64,000 bases of DNA from a virus. Shown in pieces: positions 55,618-62,402 of the stretch. The stretch lies in the IMG/VR virus record IMGVR_UViG_3300025151_000022, positions 24,236 to 88,235 of that record. One strand, 5' to 3'. The notes beneath the pieces are model-generated. The model was given only the letters and a program-made list of their open reading frames with translations, searched no databases and was not told where the DNA came from. Position 1 is the first letter of the stretch; the number at the start of each line of letters is the position of its first letter. The position numbers and the translations under genes are program-made.

Positions 55618-56373
55618 TTAAAGATTCAAATCAGTTTTAGCAATTAGATACTCTTTACAGAGACCAGAACGTACAATATCTTCGACGCCAAATTCGACCA
55701 TATCTACAGATGGCATCATACGAAGGATTCTCATAAAGTCAATAATACCATTCTTCTCATTTGTTTTCACTAAATCAGATTGAGTGGCATCTCCGCAGAA
55801 CATGATCTTAGAATTTTCACCAATACGAGTGATAATTGAATCAAGTTCATGGAAATTCAAATTCTGGAATTCATCTACAATGATGATTGCATTATCTAAA
55901 GTAGTACCACGAATGAATGATGTAGACCAGAAACTGATGGTTCCCTGATTCTTGAGGTTGCCATACAACATTTCAAAGTCAGACTCCGTAGGCATCTCAA
56001 ACATATATTTTACCATATTCTTGTATGGAATTTGGTAGAGAGATGACTTATCTTCGTGATCTCCAGGGAGAAATCCAATCTCTCTAGTTGCTACGAGCGA
56101 TCTAACAATATAGATTTTCTCATAAGGAGTGTTTACATTAAGAACATCTCTGAGAGCATTGTACAAAGTAATAAATGTTTTACCTGTACCTGCTGCACCA
56201 TAGGCAACAAGATTTTGATCATTCTTGTAGCATCTAAACAGTTCTTGCTGATTTTCGGTAAGAGGTTCAACCCTCTTCATTAGATCAGAATTGATTGGTT
56301 TTTTTCTTTTCATTTGCTTGTTAGACATTCCGAATGGAACTGCTGGAGATTGAGACTTTCTTTTTGCTGGCAT
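55618..56373 (-). CDS. phoH: PhoH family ATPase
   Basis: GAAGTGKT (Walker A), REIGFLPG, SFIRGTTL, IIVDEFQN, GDATQSDL, DIVRSG. Confidence 0.95.
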   Translation of the reverse strand: MPAKRKSQSPAVPFGMSNKQMKRKKPINSDLMKRVEPLTENQQELFRCYKNDQNLVAYGAAGTGKTFITLYNALRDVLNVNTPYEKIYIVRSLVATREIGFLPGDHEDKSSLYQIPYKNMVKYMFEMPTESDFEMLYGNLKNQGTISFWSTSFIRGTTLDNAIIIVDEFQNLNFHELDSIITRIGENSKIMFCGDATQSDLVKTNEKNGIIDFMRILRMMPSVDMVEFGVEDIVRSGLCKEYLIAKTDLNL

Positions 56374-56385
56374 AGGTTATGGAGT

Positions 56386-56634
56386 TCAGACGGGTTTGAC
56401 TTTTGATCCAGGGGCTTTGGATGCTTTACGAAGAACATCATTCCACCCTGGATGGGACTTCTTTAGTTTGTCATAGACTTCACCAATCTCACCACAAGCA
56501 GGTGCGGTAGATGGATCAGACCAGTCTCGGTCCCAGTCAGGATTGTCAATTTTCCATTGATCCCATTCATGAACGCTGAGTTTTACCTCTTTTTGTTCAC
56601 CAGTGTTTTTATTAATAACAGGATAAGTAGCCAT
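56386..56634 (-). CDS. Conserved cyanophage hypothetical protein
   Basis: MATYPVIN..TGEQKEV..S...W..W...NPDW...PGWNDVL. Confidence 0.75.
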   Translation of the reverse strand: MATYPVINKNTGEQKEVKLSVHEWDQWKIDNPDWDRDWSDPSTAPACGEIGEVYDKLKKSHPGWNDVLRKASKAPGSKVKPV

Positions 56635-56660
56635 AAATTATATCAAGTTGAAATTATTTA

Positions 56661-57311
56661 TTAAGACCATTCCATTGCTTCAGCAACAGCAGGGAATTGT
56701 TCGATGAAGATTTTCTTTGCACCCAAAGCAATGTCCATGTGTTCCTTCTGTGTACCATTTGCAGAACGCAAATCGATATAATGGATCCATGATCTTACAG
56801 AACCGGTCATGTAGATTCTTGTGGGACAAGCGAGGGGAAGCACAAAACGCGAACACTCCTTTGCGATTCCATAATCAAGCATTGATTGATACAACACCAT
56901 TGCCTCATCAAAGTGGCGACGAATCTTGATTTCAAACTCCTGTTTCACAAATGGATCAATGTCATCGATAGAGTTCTGACGATTCTTTGTGTCTTGACGC
57001 CGAAGGTCAAACATAGGAATCGTCTCTGCCAACATAGAACTATCAGCATAACGTTGTGAAAATTCTTGATATGTGAACGAACGGTGCCGGAGCACTTGAG
57101 CTGCGATGCCTCTAGTGGTGTTGATCTCCAGAGTCATGTATGCCTGCTCAAAGATACTCCAGTGCTGGTGCTTCACACAATACTTAAGAAGACCAGAGAA
57201 CTTTTCGTTCTCCTGGTTATTTGGATTTGACACACGGGCACAATAAGCCATGTGCTTTTCTGCATCAGGTGTAACACTGATAAGTTTAATCGGGGTATCC
57301 GTCATCGTCAT
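56661..57311 (-). CDS. thyX: Flavin-dependent thymidylate synthase
   Basis: ARVSNP, H.HWSIFE, QVLRHRSFTYQEFSQRY (ThyX motif), RSWIHY..LR....TQKEH. Confidence 0.95.
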   Translation of the reverse strand: MTMTDTPIKLISVTPDAEKHMAYCARVSNPNNQENEKFSGLLKYCVKHQHWSIFEQAYMTLEINTTRGIAAQVLRHRSFTYQEFSQRYADSSMLAETIPMFDLRRQDTKNRQNSIDDIDPFVKQEFEIKIRRHFDEAMVLYQSMLDYGIAKECSRFVLPLACPTRIYMTGSVRSWIHYIDLRSANGTQKEHMDIALGAKKIFIEQFPAVAEAMEWS

Positions 57312-57459
57312 AAAATACTTCGTCGTAGTCTGAAATGTGAGGTGCTATCTCTTCGTAGTTTGGTTTATAAGCATCGATGTCAGAGTAAACCTCGGATTCT
57401 AATGCTTCAACGAGCAACTTAAGATTTCTCACTATCAATTTAAGTTTTTCTCTTTCCAT
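57286..57459 (-). CDS. Small acidic hypothetical protein (57 aa)
   Basis: Below the track cutoff; MEREKLKLIVRNLKLLVEALESEVYSD...DYDEVFYDDDGYPD; downstream of a sigma70 promoter. Confidence 0.7.
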   Translation of the reverse strand: MEREKLKLIVRNLKLLVEALESEVYSDIDAYKPNYEEIAPHISDYDEVFYDDDGYPD

Positions 57460-57482
57460 AAAGATAGTAGAGTCTCCATATA

Positions 57483-57511
57483 ATTATAGACAAAAAAAGA
57501 GGACTCGTCAA
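57483..57511 (-). promoter_or_regulatory. Host sigma70-type promoter overlapping a terminator
   Basis: TTGACG-N17-TATAAT; the -35 box sits in the terminator loop. Confidence 0.7.
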
Positions 57512-57522
57512 GAGTCCTCTTT
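57492..57522 (-). terminator. Rho-independent terminator closing the riboswitch/YRG-peptide unit
   Basis: AAAGAGGACTC-TTGAC-GAGTCCTC-TTTTTTT. Confidence 0.85.
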
Positions 57523-57672
57523 GATCTTCCAGATTTTATCACTTCGTGATTTTAAATCTATCCATTTGGCATAATGTACACCACGATAAGTTAAAAATCC
57601 GAAGACTTTATCTGGATCGTGTTTCGATGGATCGTAGTCTGGAAGGTCATATTCAAATCTGACCTTCAGCAT
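57508..57672 (-). CDS. YRG-motif (DUF4278-like) small protein, 54 aa
   Basis: Not in the track; GAGGAG SD; MLKVRFEYDLPDYDPSKHDPDKVFGFLTYRGVHYAKW... Confidence 0.7.
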   Translation of the reverse strand: MLKVRFEYDLPDYDPSKHDPDKVFGFLTYRGVHYAKWIDLKSRSDKIWKIKEDS

Positions 57673-57681
57673 TTTTTCTCC

Positions 57682-57780
57682 TCAACTTATTTTTTTGAGA
57701 AGTAATAATTCACCGTACAATAAAAAAATAAATGCTGCACTAAAAAGGGAACCTAATCCCGCTACTTGAAGTGCTTGCAT
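57682..57780 (-). CDS. Small hydrophobic (single-TM) peptide, 32 aa
   Basis: MQALQVAGLGSLFSAAFIFLLYGELLLLKKIS; GAGGA SD; this is the 3' part of track ORF 57682..57924. Confidence 0.55.
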   Translation of the reverse strand: MQALQVAGLGSLFSAAFIFLLYGELLLLKKIS

Positions 57781-57787
57781 AATATCC

Positions 57788-57955
57788 TCACTTAGCGTAA
57801 GGTGTACCACGATAGCAGAAAACACCGTGGGTGTCTTTTGCTTCGAAGCAACGAGTATCATACTCAACACCACGATATGAGGTGTGCATGATTTGTGCGT
57901 CGTGAAGGGCAGATGCTTTTTCAATCTGCTTCTTGATGAGAGTTAAGGTGTTCAT
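57788..57955 (-). CDS. DUF4278-like small protein with two YRG motifs, 55 aa
   Basis: Not in the track; AGGAG SD; MNTLTLIKKQIEKASALHDAQIMHTSYRGVEYDTRCFEAKDTHGVFCYRGTPYAK. Confidence 0.8.
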   Translation of the reverse strand: MNTLTLIKKQIEKASALHDAQIMHTSYRGVEYDTRCFEAKDTHGVFCYRGTPYAK

Positions 57956-58012
57956 TTGTTTTCTCCTGAAGTGGGTGATTAACCTTCTCTGCTTTCGCAG
58001 GATCCGTTTCCC

Positions 58013-58191
58013 CGTTCCTTCAGTCGTTTGCGTCCCAGTAACACTCAGGCACAGAGTCCTTTACTGTCTCAACAAGTTCTAGCACCACTGCTGGTGGTAG
58101 ATCTTTGTGCTTGGCAATCCGAAGCATTAAAGCATCGGCTTCTTGACAATTGAGTGCTGTGTAGAGTAATAGCTCAACCATGGGATGAACG
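58013..58191 (-). ncRNA. Glutamine-riboswitch-like aptamer 2 (glnA/Downstream-peptide class) with an ORF in the P2 loop
   Basis: CGTTC-ATCCCA...TGGGAC-GCAAA-CGACTGAAG-GAACG; P1 CGUUC/GAACG, P2 UCCCA/UGGGA; upstream of a YRG-peptide gene. Confidence 0.7.
58020..58181 (-). CDS. Small two-Cys protein encoded inside aptamer 2 (53 aa)
   Basis: Not in the track; MVELLLYTALNCQEADALMLRIAKHKDLPPAVVLELVETVKDSVPECYWDAND; the last codons overlap the aptamer 3' strand. Confidence 0.65.
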   Translation of the reverse strand: MVELLLYTALNCQEADALMLRIAKHKDLPPAVVLELVETVKDSVPECYWDAND

Positions 58192-58194
58192 CTC

Positions 58195-58425
58195 CGTTCC
58201 GCGACTTACTTGCGTCCTTAGGTAAATGTACTGTTGCATTGACCTTCAACTTTTGATCTGAAATAACCTATGAGATTGTACTTCGATCGTTGATCGATGT
58301 CGTCCCTCATTTGAGTTTCAACTCTAAGTTGTAAGAACCTTTCACAAGACATATGCCACCCATAGGGTGACGGATCGTGATGGGCTAAGGTGAAAGCCAA
58401 CAGTAAAGAAACCATTGGATGAACG
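58195..58425 (-). ncRNA. Glutamine-riboswitch-like aptamer 1 with an ORF in the P2 loop
   Basis: CGTTC-ATCC...GGAC-GCAAGTAAGTCGCG-GAACG; begins about 7 nt after the -10 box. Confidence 0.65.
58218..58415 (-). CDS. Small two-Cys protein encoded inside aptamer 1 (65 aa)
   Basis: Track ORF; ATG directly follows CGTTCATCCA and TAA directly precedes GGACGCA; hydrophobic N-terminus. Confidence 0.7.
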   Translation of the reverse strand: MVSLLLAFTLAHHDPSPYGWHMSCERFLQLRVETQMRDDIDQRSKYNLIGYFRSKVEGQCNSTFT

Positions 58426-58432
58426 TAGGTCT

Positions 58433-58461
58433 AGTATAGACCTTATGTTCTATATAGTCAA
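58433..58461 (-). promoter_or_regulatory. Host sigma70-type promoter of the riboswitch unit
   Basis: TTGACT-N17-TATACT. Confidence 0.75.
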
Positions 58462-58468
58462 GTTTATA

Positions 58469-58484
58469 TGTATCTCTTGATACA
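58469..58484. promoter_or_regulatory. Putative NtcA binding site
   Basis: TGTATC-TCTT-GATACA fits TGTA-N8-TACA with 6-bp perfect arms, 7 nt upstream of the -35 box. Confidence 0.65.
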
Positions 58485-58487
58485 ACT

Positions 58488-58727
58488 TTACAAGAACATT
58501 CCCTTATCACTCATGTACTTTAGAGTTTCTTTCAGTGTACCACGATGATCTAAACCAATGGCAACTTGAGGATACTCCGCCTCACTACCAAATTCATCAC
58601 GGAACTGCTTATCACTGAAGTCAACACCAAGCAAAAACTGCCTTACATCTTGACCACATGCTTCAAGTACCATCTTTGCTCTTTCGGATTCTTGACTTCC
58701 GTTACTATAAACTAGTGCTTGAATCAT
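58488..58727 (-). CDS. Glutaredoxin-like protein lacking CxxC
   Basis: YSNGSQESERAK..L...F...FG....YPQV.I...H.G; Grx-fold pattern without active-site Cys. Confidence 0.6.
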   Translation of the reverse strand: MIQALVYSNGSQESERAKMVLEACGQDVRQFLLGVDFSDKQFRDEFGSEAEYPQVAIGLDHRGTLKETLKYMSDKGMFL

Positions 58728-58879
58728 TTGTTCGTGTGGTTATACTCGATTACAATTTTTTTGTGATATGTAGTACGGTCAGAGCACTCAAAGTAGTGCG
58801 CTTTGCCTTCCAAAAGTTCTTCAATTTTTTCTACCAAATTCTTAGCTATGTTCTCTTTGGTTACGTTGTTGCCAGTCAT
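58724..58879 (-). CDS. Small hypothetical protein (51 aa)
   Basis: Likely start MTGNNV at 58879 (AGGAGG upstream); ends KKIVIEY. Confidence 0.55.
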   Translation of the reverse strand: MTGNNVTKENIAKNLVEKIEELLEGKAHYFECSDRTTYHKKIVIEYNHTNK

Positions 58880-58982
58880 CAATTTCCTCCTGAGTAGGCA
58901 CTTTAATTCTGAACTCAAGTCCGTGTTCTTCAAACTCCTTATTCATTTTTTCATACGTTTCTGGAGTAATTTTTTCAGTCAC
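58842..58982 (-). CDS. Small hypothetical protein, paralog of 63460..63654
   Basis: GTG start with GGAGG SD; KITPETYEKMNKEFEE.G..FRI.VPTQEEID. Confidence 0.6.
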   Translation of the reverse strand: MTEKITPETYEKMNKEFEEHGLEFRIKVPTQEEIDDWQQRNQREHS

Positions 58983-59286
58983 GTTGCCTCCAATCATCAG
59001 GTTTATCGCGTTGGAACCAGTCAACTATTTCATCAGCACCATCGAACCCCGTTCTATGATTAGATGGGTCGGGGTCGCCTAATCCCATCTTATTCATAAA
59101 ATCATCAATACTGCCCTCCTCAATCCCATTGGACTGACGACGTGCTTTGTTCAACCAATCCCTAGCAGTAGTATGAGCTTTGGCAAGTTTCTCTGCCCAG
59201 ATCATATCCTCTAGTTTTACTTCTTCGTTATTAGCAATCTTTTTACAGATGAATTCTAGTCGTAGCCTGTATTGAGTTGAAAGCAT
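58975..59286 (-). CDS. Conserved cyanophage hypothetical protein
   Basis: MLSTQYRLRLEFICKKI...MIWAEKLAKA...LGDPDPSNH...DDWRQRD. Confidence 0.75.
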   Translation of the reverse strand: MLSTQYRLRLEFICKKIANNEEVKLEDMIWAEKLAKAHTTARDWLNKARRQSNGIEEGSIDDFMNKMGLGDPDPSNHRTGFDGADEIVDWFQRDKPDDWRQRD

Positions 59287-59289
59287 ACG

Positions 59290-59481
59290 TTAGTCCCGCA
59301 GTTTTAGTTCTAAATCTTCGAGTTTATGATACTCTGCATGTGCCCGTTCTTGACGAGTACATACAATATCTAATATGTCATTCATGATTACATCGTTCTC
59401 AACATAATCATCTAGATATTTGTCAATGGCTTCTTTAAGGTATCTATACCTATGCCATTCGGGCGAATAAGGTTTGTACAT
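59290..59481 (-). CDS. Hypothetical protein
   Basis: MYKPYSPEWHRYRYLKEAIDKY...; downstream of a sigma70 promoter. Confidence 0.7.
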   Translation of the reverse strand: MYKPYSPEWHRYRYLKEAIDKYLDDYVENDVIMNDILDIVCTRQERAHAEYHKLEDLELKLRD

Positions 59482-59502
59482 AATCAAATAGTATATGATC
59501 GA

Positions 59503-59531
59503 ATCATAGTTCTATTTACCTCAATTGTCAA
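59503..59531 (-). promoter_or_regulatory. Host sigma70-type promoter
   Basis: TTGACA-N17-TATGAT. Confidence 0.7.
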
Positions 59532-59800
59532 CTCAATGGTCTACCATGTTTATCAACCAGTCCAAGTTTTTTAATCTGAGAGAGATTAGATTTCTCACTC
59601 TTCTTAATTTTTTTGTACTGTTTAATCAGTTTATCAACCTCTTTTTTAGAGATATTGACTTTAAGTTCGTCCTCATTAGAAACAAATCCAACGCCACTTT
59701 TCTTTGTTTCTTCTTGATCATCAACATAATCATTGATGACCTCTTGAATTTCATCTCGAATCAAAGAATTTATTTGATCCCTCAATACATCATCATTCAT
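59528..59800 (-). CDS. Hypothetical protein
   Basis: 90-aa ORF in a tightly coupled gene run. Confidence 0.65.
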   Translation of the reverse strand: MNDDVLRDQINSLIRDEIQEVINDYVDDQEETKKSGVGFVSNEDELKVNISKKEVDKLIKQYKKIKKSEKSNLSQIKKLGLVDKHGRPLS

Positions 59801-60132
59801 TTTCTTTTTTTACTTTCAGATGATTTGTATCCCCACAGCTTGGGTTTTACAGTTCCATATCCAAATTCGATTTTTTGAACTGCACCTGGTCCATATTTGT
59901 CATAGTACATGTCAAACAAATCTACAGACTTACTGCACCTTGTTAGATCGACACATTCTTTTCCATCACGAATATACCAAATAAGTTTTGCATCAGTGGG
60001 ATATGATTTATCATTTGCTGCTTCTAAAGACGTATTCTCCAGAAGAATTTGACAACCATAAGAAGAAGGGTCATTTGGATTTACTGATTTACTACCCATT
60101 TCTTCTTCCTTAGTTTCTACGGTTACTGTCAT
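59797..60132 (-). CDS. Hypothetical protein
   Basis: Likely start MTVTVET (ATGA overlap); FDMYYDKYG...GYGTV.PKLWG. Confidence 0.65.
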   Translation of the reverse strand: MTVTVETKEEEMGSKSVNPNDPSSYGCQILLENTSLEAANDKSYPTDAKLIWYIRDGKECVDLTRCSKSVDLFDMYYDKYGPGAVQKIEFGYGTVKPKLWGYKSSESKKRK

Positions 60133-60719
60133 GAACGACCACCCCAAGTAATATCAGTATATGCTTCAGCAACAATCTCTTGAGTTAGTTTATATTTAGA
60201 TGAAAGTGCTTTATCCTTTACAAGGATTACTACTTCTGCTTCTTTTGGGTGAAGTCCACGAAGCATATTAATAAACATCATCTCCCTACGAGTAGTACTC
60301 AAAGTATCATTACCACCTTTCACAAAGTGATAGAGATTTTGATACTCTCTGCGGAGAGATGTTTTATTTCTCCCATCAAGATCTTGTGCGGTGGCAGATA
60401 ATCCACCTCTTGCTTCACTTGCAATATTTTCAGACAAAGATCCCTCATAAACACTTTGCTCATTTGGATCTCCATAAGGAACTTCTCCTTCAGGAAGCAT
60501 AGAAATTACAGTTTCATCAAAATTCCAAATAAAAATAGACTTCAATGAATCATGCTCATATTTCTTAAGCACTTCAATTTTTTTCGCTTTAGATCTTTGC
60601 TTCGATGCAAGTTCTAGAACTTCAAACACAAAAGGATTGGGAGGAAGATCAGGAATCTTCGTTGTAGTTTTTGTAGACGATCTAGGTTTAGTCGTCGTCT
60701 TCTTCTTCGTAGTCGTCAT
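60129..60719 (-). CDS. Conserved T4-like hypothetical protein
   Basis: LPPNPFVFEVL...WNFD..V.S.LPEGEVPY...RRE.MFI.ML.GLHP.EA. Confidence 0.75.
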   Translation of the reverse strand: MTTTKKKTTTKPRSSTKTTTKIPDLPPNPFVFEVLELASKQRSKAKKIEVLKKYEHDSLKSIFIWNFDETVISMLPEGEVPYGDPNEQSVYEGSLSENIASEARGGLSATAQDLDGRNKTSLRREYQNLYHFVKGGNDTLSTTRREMMFINMLRGLHPKEAEVVILVKDKALSSKYKLTQEIVAEAYTDITWGGRS

Positions 60720-60909
60720 AACTGTTTTCAAATCGTACTGCTAAAATTTCATCTGGGAGAATATTTCCATTCTCATCAAACATTTCTGGATGAGTATAGA
60801 CTGGTTGAGTTTGGAATTGATGTTCCTTTGCCAACCATCCTACCACACCTCCAACAAAAAACATCATAATGGAAATTAATGTTCCTATCGTTAATGTTAC
60901 TGCCAACAT
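60688..60909 (-). CDS. Small membrane protein
   Basis: N-terminal TM helix; HPEMFDENGN..PDEILAVRFE. Confidence 0.7.
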   Translation of the reverse strand: MLAVTLTIGTLISIMMFFVGGVVGWLAKEHQFQTQPVYTHPEMFDENGNILPDEILAVRFENSYDDYEEEDDD

Positions 60910-60929
60910 CTTCTCCTGCCTCCAGAGAA

Positions 60930-61157
60930 TTACTTTTTTCTGATGTCCAGATAAAAGTTCAGATGTAATACAATTTCTCTGCGGAAGAGAGAAACCATCT
61001 TACCAAACTTTACCTGAAAAGTTTTTGGTGATTCTGGAATCTTCCTCCTATTACGTAGTAATAATTCAACCCCACGATTTATGTGGGTTTCGTGATTATT
61101 TAGTTTGTTTCTTTCGCCTTCCTGGTCTTTTTTCATTACTATACCTCTCTGCATCAT
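60930..61157 (-). CDS. Hypothetical protein (start uncertain)
   Basis: INRGVELLLRNRR...FGKMVSLFRREI; the 5' part overlaps the upstream gene. Confidence 0.5.
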   Translation of the reverse strand: MMQRGIVMKKDQEGERNKLNNHETHINRGVELLLRNRRKIPESPKTFQVKFGKMVSLFRREIVLHLNFYLDIRKK

Positions 61158-61455
61158 CTATAAAACTTTCCAAGTAATTTCTAATTTTTCTTGCTTGAGG
61201 TTTAGGAATATGTCCATAACCTTCTCGCAATTGTTTGTGTTCATTATCAGTACCACCCTTCAAATATTCATCAAGATCTAAAATAAGATTACTGATTTCA
61301 TTTGTAGTAGCACTCAAAATGAATTTGTCTATTTCGTGTTTTTTTACCTTACTGTCTTTGAGATAGTTATAGAATTTTAAATTCATTTGTCCCTCAAAGG
61401 CATTATCAATGGCATGTTCAATAAGATCATAGATGTCGATGAGGTTTTGTTCCAT
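61096..61455 (-). CDS. Conserved cyanophage hypothetical protein
   Basis: AID.AF......FY.YLK...Y.KGG.D..HKQLREGYGHIPKPQARKI. Confidence 0.75.
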   Translation of the reverse strand: MEQNLIDIYDLIEHAIDNAFEGQMNLKFYNYLKDSKVKKHEIDKFILSATTNEISNLILDLDEYLKGGTDNEHKQLREGYGHIPKPQARKIRNYLESFIDDAERYSNEKRPGRRKKQTK

Positions 61456-61691
61456 TAGACCAGTTTTTGTTCCCTTAGATACTTGACAGTTTCAGTGCAT
61501 CCACCGATTAGTTCGTCATCTTTGACAACTCTAGGAAAGGTAGTTCCTTCGCCAAATTGTTCATAAAATTCTTGACGACTGAAATCCCTGTTAAGTTTAT
61601 ATATGACATACTGAATTTCTGCCAACTGTAAAACTTGCTCCACTTTAGTGCAAAAGGGGCATCCATCTCTACTGTAAACTTTGAATGTCAT
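61455..61691 (-). CDS. nrdC: Glutaredoxin
   Basis: YSRDGCPFC, TFPRV, IGGC.ET. Confidence 0.9.
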   Translation of the reverse strand: MTFKVYSRDGCPFCTKVEQVLQLAEIQYVIYKLNRDFSRQEFYEQFGEGTTFPRVVKDDELIGGCTETVKYLREQKLV

Positions 61692-62350
61692 CAGATTTTA
61701 CCAAGATTCTCATTGGCGATTCTAGCATCATTCTCAAAAATTTCAAGACCTTTATCAGTCAGAATATGATCATACATTTGATCAAATACTTTTGGTGGCA
61801 TGGTGCAAATCTCAGCGCCGTTATACCAAGAACGAATTGCACGTTGGACACTACGAATAGATGCCGATAGAACTTGAGTAGGCATACGATGAACGCGATA
61901 GAGTTCGGAGATAGATCGTACAACCTCCAGACCTGCCACTGACTGGTCGTCCAAGCGTCCTACAAAAGGCGAGACATAAGTTGCACCAGCCTTAGCAGCA
62001 AGGACTGCCTGAGCGGCACAGAAGATCAATGTGACATTAGTACGGACCTTCTCTTTAGAGAGTTCCTTACAGACCAATAGACCATCACGGGTCATAGGAA
62101 GTTTGATGGTGCTTACACTACCAAACTTATCGACCAGTCGGATTGCTTCATCCAACATATTTTGAGCATCACCCATGACTTCCATGCTGATGTCTTGCAC
62201 ACCAATATCTTTGATTTCTTGGTACACCTCTTCAGGATCTCGACCTGATTTCATAATCAATGATGGATTAGTTGTGACACCATCAACTAGTCCAGTCTCA
62301 AAATAATTGCGAATAATTTCGGTGTCTGCTGTGTCTAGGAAAATTTTCAT
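61691..62350 (-). CDS. talC: Transaldolase (TalC/MipB family)
   Basis: MKIFLDTAD, DGVTTNPSLI, NVTLIF, AAKAGATYVSPFVGRLDD, H.LTDKGL. Confidence 0.95.
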   Translation of the reverse strand: MKIFLDTADTEIIRNYFETGLVDGVTTNPSLIMKSGRDPEEVYQEIKDIGVQDISMEVMGDAQNMLDEAIRLVDKFGSVSTIKLPMTRDGLLVCKELSKEKVRTNVTLIFCAAQAVLAAKAGATYVSPFVGRLDDQSVAGLEVVRSISELYRVHRMPTQVLSASIRSVQRAIRSWYNGAEICTMPPKVFDQMYDHILTDKGLEIFENDARIANENLGKI

Positions 62351-62351
62351 T

Positions 62352-62376
62352 AAAAAAGAGGGTTGTTACACCCTCT
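62352..62376 (-). terminator. Rho-independent terminator
   Basis: AGAGGGT-GTAACA-ACCCTCT-TTTTT. Confidence 0.7.
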
Positions 62377-62402
62377 AATTATAACTGAAATATAGTTACA
62401 AA

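Noticed and set aside
57781-57924. 5' part of track ORF 57682..57924 (80 aa)
   Set aside because: Overlaps the YRG-peptide gene in another frame; only the last 32 codons have their own SD.
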